Numbered from the stretch's first letter, positions 9,033 to 19,568 are shown. The stretch is DNA of 47,889 nt from Bacilli bacterium (GCA_024408435.1 JAKSVA010000002.1:1-47889), one strand, 5' to 3'. Translations and numbers: made by a program. Notes: generated by a model from the sequence alone, not told the origin.

Positions 9033-10295
9033 TTATTTTTTTGCAATAAGCCGATTTGTAATTTTCTTAGCTTTTTCGTAAATTTTTTCTACGCTTTCGT
9101 TAAGATAATATTTGTGATTATAATATAAAATTTTTCCATTAATCATCGTCATTTTTACATTAATTTTACTAGCGCTATAAACTAAATCATTAAAGATATT
9201 ATTTAGTGGCTGCATGTTAGGCTGATGTAAATCAATCATAATAATATCCGCCAATTTATTCTTCGCTAACACATCAGCATCTTTTAAGTTCATCATTTTA
9301 GCGCCATTAACAGTTGCCATTTTTAAAACATCAAAAGATTGTAATCCAACCGGATCATTGTTCTTAATCTTACTAAGAACAGAAGTTAAATACGCCTCAC
9401 GGAACATATCTAATGCGTTGTTGCTAGCAGGTCCATCGGTTCCGATTGCCACATTAATTCCGGCATCAAAAAGATGTTTAACTGGCGCAATGCCACTTGC
9501 TAACTTTAGGTTAGATGCGGGACATGTACAAACCGAAATATGGTGTTTTTTCAAAATTTTGACATCTTCCTTCGTTAAATAAACACCATGAAAAATGCCA
9601 CCACCATAATCAAATAAGCCAAGGCTATCTAGATAAGCAACTGGTGTTAAATAAGAGAGCTTTTGCCGTTTTAAAACTTCGTATGATGTTTCGCTACAAT
9701 GAGTGTATATAGGTGCTTTAAATTGATGCGAAATTTTAGAAAGTTTCTTAAGGTTAGCTTTTGTTGTTGTGTAATGAGCATGGAACCCTAAACAAGCGCT
9801 TACGATTGAATTCTTTTTATTAAAACTTTTGAAATTACTAATAAGCTCATCAAAATTTGATTTGCGTGGATCTAGTAAAATCACTGAACGCATGCCAATA
9901 TCTTCACACGCTCTTTTTATTTCATCGACAAAGTAATACATATCAAAACAAGCTGTAATACCACTACTTAGATATTCTAAATAAGCTAGTTTACTTAAAT
10001 GATAGATATCGTTTTTAATAAATCTAGTTTCGCTAGGGAAAACACATTTATTAAGCCAATCATATAGTTGTAAATTCTCGGCATAACCACGAAGAAAAGT
10101 CATCGCAGAATGTGCATGCGCGTTTTTAAATCCTGGCATTAAAAGATTGCCTTCACAATTAACTACGCGATCTGCTTTCATATTTATTTTTCGAGCGATT
10201 TGAGCGATTTTATTACCATCGACAAGTATTTCCCCATCAATGATGTTTTTGTTTTTGAGCGTTAATATTTTTGCGTTTTTTAATAATATTTTCAT
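9033..10295 (-). CDS. mtaD: Amidohydrolase, 5-methylthioadenosine/S-adenosylhomocysteine deaminase family
   Basis: 420 aa. Metal-ligand motifs NAHAHSAMT, YTHCSET and AIGTDGPASNN are typical of MtaD/chlorohydrolase-type deaminases. Confidence 0.7.
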   Translation of the reverse strand: MKILLKNAKILTLKNKNIIDGEILVDGNKIAQIARKINMKADRVVNCEGNLLMPGFKNAHAHSAMTFLRGYAENLQLYDWLNKCVFPSETRFIKNDIYHLSKLAYLEYLSSGITACFDMYYFVDEIKRACEDIGMRSVILLDPRKSNFDELISNFKSFNKKNSIVSACLGFHAHYTTTKANLKKLSKISHQFKAPIYTHCSETSYEVLKRQKLSYLTPVAYLDSLGLFDYGGGIFHGVYLTKEDVKILKKHHISVCTCPASNLKLASGIAPVKHLFDAGINVAIGTDGPASNNALDMFREAYLTSVLSKIKNNDPVGLQSFDVLKMATVNGAKMMNLKDADVLAKNKLADIIMIDLHQPNMQPLNNIFNDLVYSASKINVKMTMINGKILYYNHKYYLNESVEKIYEKAKKITNRLIAKK

Positions 10296-10302
10296 AACAA
10301 CC

Positions 10303-11892
10303 TCAATCGTCCTTTAATTGCTTTTCATCAATTTTTCCTACAAGAGTTTTAGGAAGTTTATCTTTATAAATTATCTTCTTAGGTAAAGCATAGACACTAA
10401 ATTTATTTTCAATAACGTTTCTAAACTCACTATCATAATTATCTTTCTCTTTGTTATTCCTATCAAGCACAACGTAAAGATTAATGACATTGCCGTGTTT
10501 AGCATCCTCAACGCCTTTCGCATAACATTCATATACATAAGGTAGTTTTGCTAATTCATTTTCAATTTGCTTTGGAAAAATATTAATTCCATTAACTTTT
10601 ATGATTCGTTTTAAACGTTGAATAAAATAGACATAACCATCTTTATCAACTTTGCCATAGTCACCTGTCTTTATCCATCTTTGTTTCTTTTTATCAATAT
10701 AAAACGGATTAATTTTCTTATTTTCAAAACGATATCCATTCATCATTGAATCGCCACGAACATAAAGTTCGCCACAAGTATCAGGTTTTAGTTCCCTACC
10801 ATTATTAAAAGCTTTCGTTTCAGTAAACGGAATTGCTCGACCAACTGAACCATAACGATGATACGGATGAGTGTTAACAGTACAAACGGTTGTAGTTTCG
10901 GTTAATCCATATCCTTCATACATCCGAGCACGAGCGCCACCTTCTTCCATTCTTTCGTTAAAACGCTTGATTAGCGATTCATTAACAAAATCTCCTCCAA
11001 CAAACGCATTATGTATCTTTGATACAATCTTTCCATGAAAACGCTTATTACGTAAAAGAGCCTCATATAAAATAGGAACGCCAATAATAATTTGTAATTC
11101 TCCTCGTTTTAAATAATTAATTGTTTCTTTCGTACTAAATTTAGGCATTAAAACATCAAAAGCACCCCACATAAGACAAACGTGAATTCCCATGCATAAA
11201 CCAAAACCATGAAACATAGGCAAAACTGCTAACATACCAATGCCTTTTGGCGATTTTTCATCAACAATCTTTAAGCCAGAAACCGCCACTGCATTCAACG
11301 CAAAACTTGAAAGCGCGATTGTTTTTGGTTCACCAGTTGTTCCACCACTATGCAAATAAAAACTATCTTTTTTATAATCGTGGTCTACTTCAGTATAAAT
11401 CTTTGATGTACATAGTTTATGAGCAAAAGGTTCTTTAATACCCTTTTGACATTTAGCGTGATAAGCCATTTTAATAAAAACGTTTAACTCATCGACTGGT
11501 GATACGGCATAAATTTTAATGCCAATCTTTTTTAAATTAGGCAAATTATTTACGTTACTATCCAAAGTAAATAGAATTTTACTTTTAGTTTTTTTCATAA
11601 TGCCAGTCAATTGTTCTTCTTTCATAAGTGGATGAACTAAGTTAGCAATCGCTCCAATTTGGTTTACTGCGTAAAGTAAATAAACCGCCATCGGAACATT
11701 AGGAAGCATAATGGTGATTACATCATCTTGCTTATAACCTAATTTATTTAAACTATAAGCAATGGCATTAACTTTTCTTAATACATGTTGATAAGTAAAG
11801 CGATGATTCTTGTAGATTAAAGCAACATCATTTGGATTAGCTCTAGCGCTACTAGAAAAAGCTTCATATAACGTTTGATTTTTACTTGGCAT
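10303..11892 (-). CDS. AMP-forming acyl-CoA synthetase / acyl-adenylate-forming enzyme
   Basis: ANL superfamily cores: HSGGTTGEPKTIAL, EGYGLTET, TGDYGKVDKDGYVYFIQRLKRIIKVNGINIFP. Confidence 0.8.
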   Translation of the reverse strand: MPSKNQTLYEAFSSSARANPNDVALIYKNHRFTYQHVLRKVNAIAYSLNKLGYKQDDVITIMLPNVPMAVYLLYAVNQIGAIANLVHPLMKEEQLTGIMKKTKSKILFTLDSNVNNLPNLKKIGIKIYAVSPVDELNVFIKMAYHAKCQKGIKEPFAHKLCTSKIYTEVDHDYKKDSFYLHSGGTTGEPKTIALSSFALNAVAVSGLKIVDEKSPKGIGMLAVLPMFHGFGLCMGIHVCLMWGAFDVLMPKFSTKETINYLKRGELQIIIGVPILYEALLRNKRFHGKIVSKIHNAFVGGDFVNESLIKRFNERMEEGGARARMYEGYGLTETTTVCTVNTHPYHRYGSVGRAIPFTETKAFNNGRELKPDTCGELYVRGDSMMNGYRFENKKINPFYIDKKKQRWIKTGDYGKVDKDGYVYFIQRLKRIIKVNGINIFPKQIENELAKLPYVYECYAKGVEDAKHGNVINLYVVLDRNNKEKDNYDSEFRNVIENKFSVYALPKKIIYKDKLPKTLVGKIDEKQLKDD

Positions 11893-11893
11893 A

Positions 11894-12835
11894 TTATAGT
11901 TTCAATGTGTACCCCTTAGATAATAGCACGATTCCTAAAATTGCTATCAAAAACACTTGGTGAAGAAGATAGAAAAATAACGAATAATGACCGCTAAAAG
12001 TAATCGCGTTTTTTATGCCTTTATAAGGCATTATTCCACCATAATAAGCAATTTTCTTTCCCGTTGATTCGTCTTGATCTGGTCTTGTAGGTAAAGGTTT
12101 AAAATAAGATTTTCTTTCTTTATAAAATACTTCACCAATAAATGATCCAACAAGTAAAAATCCTAAGTATGGGAATAACGGCATGTAATCGTTATATGGT
12201 CCAGTATCATGTGCTTTGCCAATTATAATTGCAATAAAGTTTTGCCAATTTAACGGAAGTCCTTCTGGAGGACCTTGCCATTCCATATTCCAACAATCAA
12301 ACATTAAACCAACCGCAATAATTACCATACCTAATCCTAAGGCAATCCATTTAAAATCATCTTTGTATTTTGGGCATATTTTCTCAAATAAGAAACGAAG
12401 TAACCAATAAAGTAAAATTGAAACGCCAAAACAAGTAATCGCACCAAAGAAAACATAGCCACCATCTTGCATAATGATACCTGCAACATAAAAGCCGACG
12501 CTTATAAGAATGCCAACACCCAAGATAATTAATCCACGTTTTAAATTATTTCGTGAGAAATAGCAAGAGATACCACTGATTAAAAAGAATAGTGCCAAAC
12601 AAAAGAAGCGAAAGCCGACACGTAATGACCAATTCCAATAGTTATAGCCCATATCTTGCAAAGCCCAAAGTTGTTGTCTTAATATTGGATCAGTAGTTGT
12701 AAAGAAACTAGGAGCGATGTTCATAAAATCAAAAAAGAGATGATCTACCGCCACAAGCCAAATTAAAACGCCACGAATAAAATCAATTTCGATTATGCGA
12801 CTCTTTTTTTTAGGATTTTCTATACGTGTAGGCAT
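11894..12835 (-). CDS. DUF1624 / heparan-alpha-glucosaminide N-acetyltransferase-like membrane acyltransferase
   Basis: 313 aa and polytopic. The N-terminal IDFIRGVLIWLVAVDHLFF resembles the R..lD..RG....M...H signature of DUF1624. One nt separates it from the acyl-CoA synthetase gene. Confidence 0.5.
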   Translation of the reverse strand: MPTRIENPKKKSRIIEIDFIRGVLIWLVAVDHLFFDFMNIAPSFFTTTDPILRQQLWALQDMGYNYWNWSLRVGFRFFCLALFFLISGISCYFSRNNLKRGLIILGVGILISVGFYVAGIIMQDGGYVFFGAITCFGVSILLYWLLRFLFEKICPKYKDDFKWIALGLGMVIIAVGLMFDCWNMEWQGPPEGLPLNWQNFIAIIIGKAHDTGPYNDYMPLFPYLGFLLVGSFIGEVFYKERKSYFKPLPTRPDQDESTGKKIAYYGGIMPYKGIKNAITFSGHYSLFFYLLHQVFLIAILGIVLLSKGYTLKL

Positions 12836-12888
12836 AAATAATCTTATACAATAAGATTAAATATCTCGTTATTTAAAAGCAACTTTTT

Positions 12889-13581
12889 TTAAAAATTTAA
12901 AGCGATTAGTAAAACAGTAGTCAATAACAAAATGTTTGCTAAAACTAAAGTTAAGAAATTAAGCCACAAAGAGAAAGCGAGTGGCGAAATTTGTGGCCGA
13001 ACGTAGCTAATCGTTCCATCTGGATTTTTACTTTGTTCTAAACGATCCCACTTTTTTAATTTTGGATTAAGAGCCATTAATAAGTTAAAAATAGCAAGAA
13101 CTAATGCAACACCAGCGATGATTTTGTATGAGAAATGAGTAAACAAGGAAGATAACAAGAGGGTGCCAAGTGTTCCGTTAGCAATCATCATAAACGCAAA
13201 AGCAAGCGTCGCATAAAACTGGAATTGTTTTAAATGCTTTGGCTGTAAGAAAAATAAAATAAAATCAACAACAGAACCGGCAACAAAGAAAAATGCGACT
13301 AAAAATGAAAAAGCAAGGTTTGATGGCCCGGTGAATGAAGTAGCAAAGAAGATAGGTATCGCTATACATAAACCAGCTAGAAAAATTAAAAAGATGCGAA
13401 AATAAGAAACAATTTCAACATTTTTTTGGTAAAAAAGTTCGTGAGGGAATCGATTGCGAAACGAATAATTGGTTTTTTCATTATGAGCAAAGGTTATTCT
13501 TCCAGTGAGGACAAAAAAGAAGACAACGAGTCCAAGCACTAACATTAAAATAATTGGAATAAGATAATTGTATTGTTTCAT
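12889..13581 (-). CDS. Hypothetical polytopic (about 6 TM) membrane protein
   Basis: 230 aa ORF whose ATG overlaps the rpe stop (ATGA-type junction at 13578-13581). Strongly hydrophobic throughout. No motif I can name. Confidence 0.5.
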   Translation of the reverse strand: MKQYNYLIPIILMLVLGLVVFFFVLTGRITFAHNEKTNYSFRNRFPHELFYQKNVEIVSYFRIFLIFLAGLCIAIPIFFATSFTGPSNLAFSFLVAFFFVAGSVVDFILFFLQPKHLKQFQFYATLAFAFMMIANGTLGTLLLSSLFTHFSYKIIAGVALVLAIFNLLMALNPKLKKWDRLEQSKNPDGTISYVRPQISPLAFSLWLNFLTLVLANILLLTTVLLIALNF

Positions 13582-14243
13582 ACCTTTTTAAATAATTTTT
13601 GATAACGGTCTTTAACATCGGAATGGCCAAACAGATAAGAACCTGCCACTAAAATATCTGCCCCAGCTTGGTAGCAAAGAGGACCAGTTGTTTCATTAAC
13701 TCCCCCATCGACTTCAATTAAAGTTTTTAAATTATTAACATCAATATAATCACGACAACGGCGAATTTTTTCTAAAGAGCTTTCAATAAATTTTTGACCC
13801 CCTAAGCCAGGTTCAACCGACATAATTAAAACTAAATCAATGTGATGCAAAAACGGAATAATTTTTTCAACAGGTGTATTAGGTTTAATAGAAACACCGA
13901 CTTTTACACCCATCTTTTTAATAGCATTAATGCAATCAAAACGTAAAGTATCTTCTTTTAACGCCTCATAATGAAAAGTGATAATGTCAGCGCCGAGTTG
14001 AGCATATTCTTTTGCGTATTCATATGGTTTTATAACCATAAGATGTACATCATTAATTAAGTGATGCATATTTTTAATTAATTTAAAATCATCAAAGCTA
14101 AATGAAGTATGACCAATAAAATCTTTATCCATTACATCAAAATGAATATATTTAACCCCGAGTTTAACCGCCTTGTTTATTTCGCTTTGAAAATTATTCT
14201 TGTCGGCAGCTAATAATGATGGGGCGATATATAACTTACGCAT
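13578..14243 (-). CDS. rpe: Ribulose-phosphate 3-epimerase
   Basis: Start at ATG 14241-14243 (MRKLYIAPSLLAAD). Motifs HFDVMD, MSVEPGLGGQKF and EVDGGV. The upstream part of the ORF track entry overlaps the kinase gene and is not coding. Confidence 0.88.
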   Translation of the reverse strand: MRKLYIAPSLLAADKNNFQSEINKAVKLGVKYIHFDVMDKDFIGHTSFSFDDFKLIKNMHHLINDVHLMVIKPYEYAKEYAQLGADIITFHYEALKEDTLRFDCINAIKKMGVKVGVSIKPNTPVEKIIPFLHHIDLVLIMSVEPGLGGQKFIESSLEKIRRCRDYIDVNNLKTLIEVDGGVNETTGPLCYQAGADILVAGSYLFGHSDVKDRYQKLFKKV

Positions 14244-14244
14244 A

Positions 14245-15126
14245 TTAATTCTCTCTAAAACCAAATAGCCATTGAAAGATGCTCCGTCGTTTTTCGTATT
14301 TTTTCTTATTAGCAATAATTGCCAACAAGTCTTCGCGCATCTCTTTTGCGCTTTGATAACGATCACGTGGATCTTTCATTGTCGCTTTTAGAATAACATT
14401 TTCAATTGGTTTTGGTAAATCAGAAACAAATTTACTTGGAGTAGGGATTGCTTCCTTCACCTGACTGACAGCGACATCAAGTGGATCATTATTTTCATAA
14501 GGTAAGTGTTTTGTTACTAATTCAAAAAAAGTGATACCTAAAGAATAAATGTCAGCTAATTTAGTAACAGGCTCACCTTCACAAATTTCTGGTGCCAAGT
14601 AATGGACACTCCCCACTAACGAAGCGTCTTCTTTAGTTTTATTAGTGAGATCAAGTGCGATGCCAAAATCACTTAGTTTCACCATTCCATCTAATAAGCA
14701 ATAGATATTATCCGGTTTAACGTCGCGATGAACAATACCACGAAGATGAATGTAATTTAAAGCATCGCAAATTTGAACCATAATTTCGCAAGCTTCGATA
14801 TAGGTAATTTTACTATGTAATTTTAATTTTTCGCCAAGTGTTTGCCCTTTCACAAATTCATAAACAAGATACGGACGCCCTTCATAAATACCTGAATCAT
14901 AAATAGAAACAATATTAGGATGGGAAAGGCGTGTAGCAATCTTTGCTTCGTGAGCAAAACGGTTAATATTGTGTTGATCTTTGGTTAAATTTTCCAAAAT
15001 AAATTTAACTGCACAAGTGCGTTTTGTTTTATTATCGGAAGCTTCATAAACTTCCGCCATTCCGCCTTGAGCAACGCGAGAAAGCAAACGATAACGATTA
15101 TTAATTTTTTCACCAATTTTAACCAT
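14245..15126 (-). CDS. Hanks-type Ser/Thr protein kinase, catalytic domain only
   Basis: Start at ATG 15124-15126 (MVKIGEKINNRYRL). Motifs GGMAEVY, AVK, HRDVKPDN, DFG and APE. The protein ends about 25 aa after the kinase domain, with no TM or PASTA segment. Confidence 0.85.
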   Translation of the reverse strand: MVKIGEKINNRYRLLSRVAQGGMAEVYEASDNKTKRTCAVKFILENLTKDQHNINRFAHEAKIATRLSHPNIVSIYDSGIYEGRPYLVYEFVKGQTLGEKLKLHSKITYIEACEIMVQICDALNYIHLRGIVHRDVKPDNIYCLLDGMVKLSDFGIALDLTNKTKEDASLVGSVHYLAPEICEGEPVTKLADIYSLGITFFELVTKHLPYENNDPLDVAVSQVKEAIPTPSKFVSDLPKPIENVILKATMKDPRDRYQSAKEMREDLLAIIANKKKYEKRRSIFQWLFGFREN

Positions 15127-15880
15127 GAATGCTCCTTTTAAAATAGATAACTGTAATATTATCATTACCGCCATTTGCGTTGGCAGCGTTAATAAGATTA
15201 TTAACAATTGCTTTAATTGGAACTTTTTCTTGCAATAATTTAATGATATTTATTTCTTTTAAATTATTACATAGTCCATCACTACATAGTAGAACGGGTT
15301 GGTCATTATATTTTAGTAGGCGTGACTCAAAACTCACTGATGGATAAATGCCTAACGCGTTTAACAAAATATTTTTGTCTTTTCTTTTTTGTGCTTCGCT
15401 TTCATTAATTTGACCAGAATTTTTAAGATAATTTACATAACTTTGATCTTCGCATAATTGCTCTAATTTATTATTAGCAAAAAGGTAAGCGCGTGAATCA
15501 CCAATGTTAATAACTATTAAATAATTTTTGCGAATTAAAACCGCTACTAAAGTAGTCCCCATTCCATGATAAGCCTCATTTTGTTCAGCCGTGTTAAAAA
15601 TTAATTTATTGGCGCGCCCAATAGTGTGTTGAAGCCAAATTTTAGCGGCGATAATAGAAACAAAACCATATTTCCGTTTTTTAAATTCCTCGCTAATATA
15701 ACTAATCGCTAAATGGCTTGCGTAATCACCTTTGTTATGACCGCCCATCCCATCCGCAATTGCGAGCAAAATATCATTATATTTATTAATTAAAACGGTA
15801 GTTGAATCTTCGTTTTTTAAACGAATTCGTCCAACATCGCTTTGATAAGCATAATCAAATTGATATTTAATATCTTTCAT
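15119..15880 (-). CDS. PP2C-family Ser/Thr protein phosphatase
   Basis: Motifs RLKNEDS, ADGMGGH and CSDGL...GGNDNITV. It is the partner of the downstream kinase, with an 8-nt overlap. Confidence 0.85.
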   Translation of the reverse strand: MKDIKYQFDYAYQSDVGRIRLKNEDSTTVLINKYNDILLAIADGMGGHNKGDYASHLAISYISEEFKKRKYGFVSIIAAKIWLQHTIGRANKLIFNTAEQNEAYHGMGTTLVAVLIRKNYLIVINIGDSRAYLFANNKLEQLCEDQSYVNYLKNSGQINESEAQKRKDKNILLNALGIYPSVSFESRLLKYNDQPVLLCSDGLCNNLKEINIIKLLQEKVPIKAIVNNLINAANANGGNDNITVIYFKRSIHG

Positions 15881-16905
15881 TGTTTAACCTTTGCTCTTAA
15901 TTGTCCACATGCCGCTGAAATATCGCTACCAAATTCCTTCCGAATTTGCGCATGTACTCCTAATTTCGTGAGCCAATCTAAAAATTCATGGATTCGTTTT
16001 TTGTCACTTCGTTTAAATTCATTTTCTTTTACTTCATTATATGGAATTAAGTTGACGTAAGCTAAAATTCCTTTGATAAGATTCGCTAACTCAACCGCAT
16101 CTTCATAATGATCATTAATATCTTTTAACAAGATATATTCAAAAGTAACACGTCGATCGGCCTCTTTTATATAATCCTTTGTCGCAGCAATTACTTCTTT
16201 AAGTGGATAACGTTGATTAATTTTCATTAGTCTATTTCTGATTTCATCATTAGGCGCATGAAGTGAGATTGCTAAATTTATTTGTAAACCTTCTTTTGCG
16301 TATTGACGAATTTTATCAGGTAATCCACAGGTGGATACTGTAATATGTCGTGCGCCGATTTCGAACGCCTTAGGATCATTGACAATACGGATAAAATTAA
16401 GGACATTATCGTAATTATCGAAAGGCTCTCCAGTGCCCATCACTACGATATGAGAAATTCGGTTTGGTTTTAACAAACTATTAGCAAGGAGCAATTCACC
16501 AATCATTTCATGCGTTTCAAGATTACGTTTCTTTTTTAATAAACCAGAGGCACAAAAAGCACATCCCATATTGCAACCGACTTGACTTGAAACACAGAGT
16601 ACATTTCCGTATCGATATGGCATGATAACCATTTCTACTAAATTATTATCGGAGAGTTTTACTAAAAATTTCTTAGTGCCATCTTCGCTTTCTTCTTTTT
16701 TAAATATTGTTGGTTGACATAAACAAAAGTCCTTTTTAAGCGTTTCACGGAATTCTTTTGAAACGTCACTCATCTCATCAAAATTTGTCACACCCTTTAG
16801 ATAAATCCAAGTAAATAATTGGGTAGCGCGAAAAGGCTTTTGTTGATACTTATCAACAAGAAGTTTTTGTAAATCTTTTAAAGAATAATTATAAAGATTA
16901 AGCAT
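15877..16905 (-). CDS. rlmN: 23S rRNA/tRNA (adenine-C2)-methyltransferase, radical SAM
   Basis: Radical-SAM cluster CNMGCAFCASG, GTGEP, and C-terminal AACGQL typical of RlmN. Confidence 0.9.
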   Translation of the reverse strand: MLNLYNYSLKDLQKLLVDKYQQKPFRATQLFTWIYLKGVTNFDEMSDVSKEFRETLKKDFCLCQPTIFKKEESEDGTKKFLVKLSDNNLVEMVIMPYRYGNVLCVSSQVGCNMGCAFCASGLLKKKRNLETHEMIGELLLANSLLKPNRISHIVVMGTGEPFDNYDNVLNFIRIVNDPKAFEIGARHITVSTCGLPDKIRQYAKEGLQINLAISLHAPNDEIRNRLMKINQRYPLKEVIAATKDYIKEADRRVTFEYILLKDINDHYEDAVELANLIKGILAYVNLIPYNEVKENEFKRSDKKRIHEFLDWLTKLGVHAQIRKEFGSDISAACGQLRAKVKQ

Positions 16906-17360
16906 TATTTTTTCTTCTTGTTAAAATCCTTAAATACATTTCCGGTATAAACCTTATCTTCATCAGTGATATCTTCTTCACTAAGATCTTCTTCCTCTAC
17001 TTTGACCAAATTATCATCACGAATAAATCGAGGATAATCCTTATTAAAATGTTCAAATAAATGATGCTGATCAAAATAAGTGAATAAAATATGAAGATTA
17101 ATTGAGAATAACTTAAAACTACTAACTAAATATTTAGTTACATTTGCTTGAAGAGGATGATATTTTTCTGGCAAGCAAACTTCAATCGTCGCATTCCAAC
17201 TAGTTTGTTCAACGCCTTTATGAAAAATATATGAATTAGGAGCATAAAATAAAATTTCATCTTCGCTTGTTTCAAATAACTTAGCTAGATTAGTGGTATG
17301 CTCCTTAGAATAATTACCAACAACATATTGGTCGAGTCCGTAAACTTTGATTAGAATCAT
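16905..17360 (-). CDS. Hypothetical protein, possibly DUF1904-like, with acidic C-terminal tail
   Basis: Start ATG 17358-17360 is preceded by AGGAGAG. 151 aa. The family assignment is only a by-eye impression from MILIKVYGLDQYVV...; the tail is EEEDLSEEDITDED. Confidence 0.35.
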   Translation of the reverse strand: MILIKVYGLDQYVVGNYSKEHTTNLAKLFETSEDEILFYAPNSYIFHKGVEQTSWNATIEVCLPEKYHPLQANVTKYLVSSFKLFSINLHILFTYFDQHHLFEHFNKDYPRFIRDDNLVKVEEEDLSEEDITDEDKVYTGNVFKDFNKKKK

Positions 17361-17370
17361 AATCTCTCCT

Positions 17371-19566
17371 TTAAAAATCAAATGGGTCAACGTTAATTAG
17401 AATATTAACCGATGGTTTATTTTGTAATGTTATCCGCAATTTTTCAATATAATTTCTAATTTCATCTTCTTTCTTATATTTAATAAGAATTTCTCGAATA
17501 TGCCAACTATTCTCGTATGGAATATACGGAGTTGAGGGGCCAAGAATTTTTACATCTTTATAATTTTTATTAGTTAAGTCACTTGCAATTTGGTAAGCAA
17601 TGTCTTGGGCTAAATCTTCTTTCTTAGCTTTGATAATTAACGAAATCAAATAAGTGTAAGGTGGATATTGGCTCGCCTTTCTAATCTTCATCTCGGTATT
17701 AAAAAAGGCGTTGTAATCTTGATGGGCTGCTAATTGAATCGCATAATGACTTGGCATATAGGTTTGAATAATTGCTTCTCCTAATTTCTTGTCACGGCCA
17801 CTTCTTCCAATCGCCTGCGTAATAAGCGTAAAAGCTTTTTCGGTATTACGGAAACTAGGTAAAGATAAACCAATATCGGCTAAAACGACACCTACCAAGG
17901 TGACATTAGGAAAATCGTGCCCTTTTGCAATCATTTGCGTTCCGATTAAAATATCAGCATCTTGATTGCGAAATTTTTCTATTACTTGAGAAATGTTGTT
18001 TCTAACTTTCCCAACATCACTATCAAGGCGAAGAGTGCGGGCTTGAGGAAACAACTTTTTTATTTCTTTTTCGATTCTTTCGGTGCCAAAACCAGTTTTT
18101 GATAAATACTTTGAATCGCAGTTTGGGCACGTTTTTGGATATTGCATCACATAACCACAATGGTGACATTTAAGTAGATTATCATTCTGATGATAAGTTA
18201 AAGAAATTCCGCACGTCGGACATTTAATTGCTTGTCCACATTCGCGACAAACAATCGAAGTTGAAAAGCCACGACGATTAATTAAAAGAATAATCTGCTC
18301 TTTTTTAAGTAAACGATCTTTGATTTTTTCGTAAAGTTGCTTTGAGAACATATGTGAATCACGGCATAAGTTATAACCTTTTAACATATCAACAATTATC
18401 GTTTTTGGAAGAGGCTGCTTATTAATGCGATTTGGTAAAACAACATGATTATAAATCCCTCGCATTGCTCTAATTCTTGTTTCTAATAAAGGCGTGGCAC
18501 TACCAAGAATTACCATTGAATCGTTTCTCTTAGCGCGCATAAACGCTACTTCCCGAGCGTGGTAAGTTGGAATATTGTCTTGTTTATATGATTCGACATG
18601 TTCTTCATCTAAAATAATTAGACCAATATTTTTTAATGGTGCAAAAATAGCACTCCGTGCTCCAACAACAATATTAGCTTCACCACGAGCAATTCTTCGA
18701 TATTCATCATATTTTTCAGCTGGCGTTAATTCACTATGTAAAATGGCAACCTTACCTTTAAAGCGTCTTAGATAATAACTGACCATAACGCTAGTTAAAG
18801 AAATTTCTGGAACTAGCATCAACACATTGCGACCTTTTTTAATTACTTCTTCGCTAAGTGTTAAATAAACCTCTGTCTTGCCTGAACCGGTCACGCCCTC
18901 AACTAAGGAAATTTTATTTTTACTATGTAAGATAGTATTAATTGCCTTCTTTTGATCAGAAGTTAAAACTTTTCTTTCATCTGGTTTATACTCAGGAATT
19001 TTTAAACGAGGGACTTCAATATCAATTTCGCGTATGCGATTTAGTTCAATGAGTTTTTTAATTACAGAAGGTGATTTTAAATCACGCTTTTTTACCTTAC
19101 CATTTTTATAAATCAAACGGAGTAATTCAATTTGTTTAGCGGTTAATCCTTCTTCGCTTTCATCAACAATCGCTAAATATTTTTCATAGTGAATTTTTGG
19201 CGCTTTAAGCGAAGAATACCTCGGTTTAAGCGAAGGCGGAAGCATCGTTTGTAAAACACTAATCAAAGGTGACAAATAATAATTAGCAACTTCTTTAGCA
19301 AGATTAAGCATTTCATCATCAAGAATTGGCGCCTTATCCAAAACTGATTTAATCGAATTAAGAACAAATCCTGATTCTTTTTCGTATTCTTCCTTGCTTC
19401 GTTTATCAATTTTTACTTTAATTACATAGCCAACAACATCTTTATTAGCAAATGAGACAATTACTCTAACGCCAACTTTTAAATTATCCTTGAAAGGATA
19501 TAGATAAGTAAACGGACGATTAAGAGCATTAGCGCTTCTTTCGATTAGCACTTCCGCTAAAACCAT
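17371..19566 (-). CDS. priA: Primosomal protein N' (replication restart helicase)
   Basis: Walker A GVTGSGKTEVY, DEEH box, Cys-rich zinc region CRECGQAIKCPTCG...CHHCGY...CPNC. Confidence 0.92.
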   Translation of the reverse strand: MVLAEVLIERSANALNRPFTYLYPFKDNLKVGVRVIVSFANKDVVGYVIKVKIDKRSKEEYEKESGFVLNSIKSVLDKAPILDDEMLNLAKEVANYYLSPLISVLQTMLPPSLKPRYSSLKAPKIHYEKYLAIVDESEEGLTAKQIELLRLIYKNGKVKKRDLKSPSVIKKLIELNRIREIDIEVPRLKIPEYKPDERKVLTSDQKKAINTILHSKNKISLVEGVTGSGKTEVYLTLSEEVIKKGRNVLMLVPEISLTSVMVSYYLRRFKGKVAILHSELTPAEKYDEYRRIARGEANIVVGARSAIFAPLKNIGLIILDEEHVESYKQDNIPTYHAREVAFMRAKRNDSMVILGSATPLLETRIRAMRGIYNHVVLPNRINKQPLPKTIIVDMLKGYNLCRDSHMFSKQLYEKIKDRLLKKEQIILLINRRGFSTSIVCRECGQAIKCPTCGISLTYHQNDNLLKCHHCGYVMQYPKTCPNCDSKYLSKTGFGTERIEKEIKKLFPQARTLRLDSDVGKVRNNISQVIEKFRNQDADILIGTQMIAKGHDFPNVTLVGVVLADIGLSLPSFRNTEKAFTLITQAIGRSGRDKKLGEAIIQTYMPSHYAIQLAAHQDYNAFFNTEMKIRKASQYPPYTYLISLIIKAKKEDLAQDIAYQIASDLTNKNYKDVKILGPSTPYIPYENSWHIREILIKYKKEDEIRNYIEKLRITLQNKPSVNILINVDPFDF

Positions 19567-19568
19567 AT

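Noticed and set aside
12839-12859. AT-only 9-bp hairpin TAATCTTAT-ACA-ATAAGATTA, 4 nt upstream of the DUF1624 start
   Set aside because: It could be a weak terminator or an RBS-occluding structure. However, an all-A/T stem in AT-rich DNA is expected by chance, and no T-run follows. Too weak to call.
14244-14366. N-terminal extension of the rpe ORF. Analogous extensions occur at 15127-15207 (kinase), 5806-5850 (potD), 2051-2089 (permease), 29630-29650 (atpE) and 17361-17390 (orphan).
   Set aside because: These extensions overlap the preceding gene in another frame and lack an SD. Internal ATGs preceded by GGAGG-type sites, or matching the conserved protein N-termini, were chosen instead.
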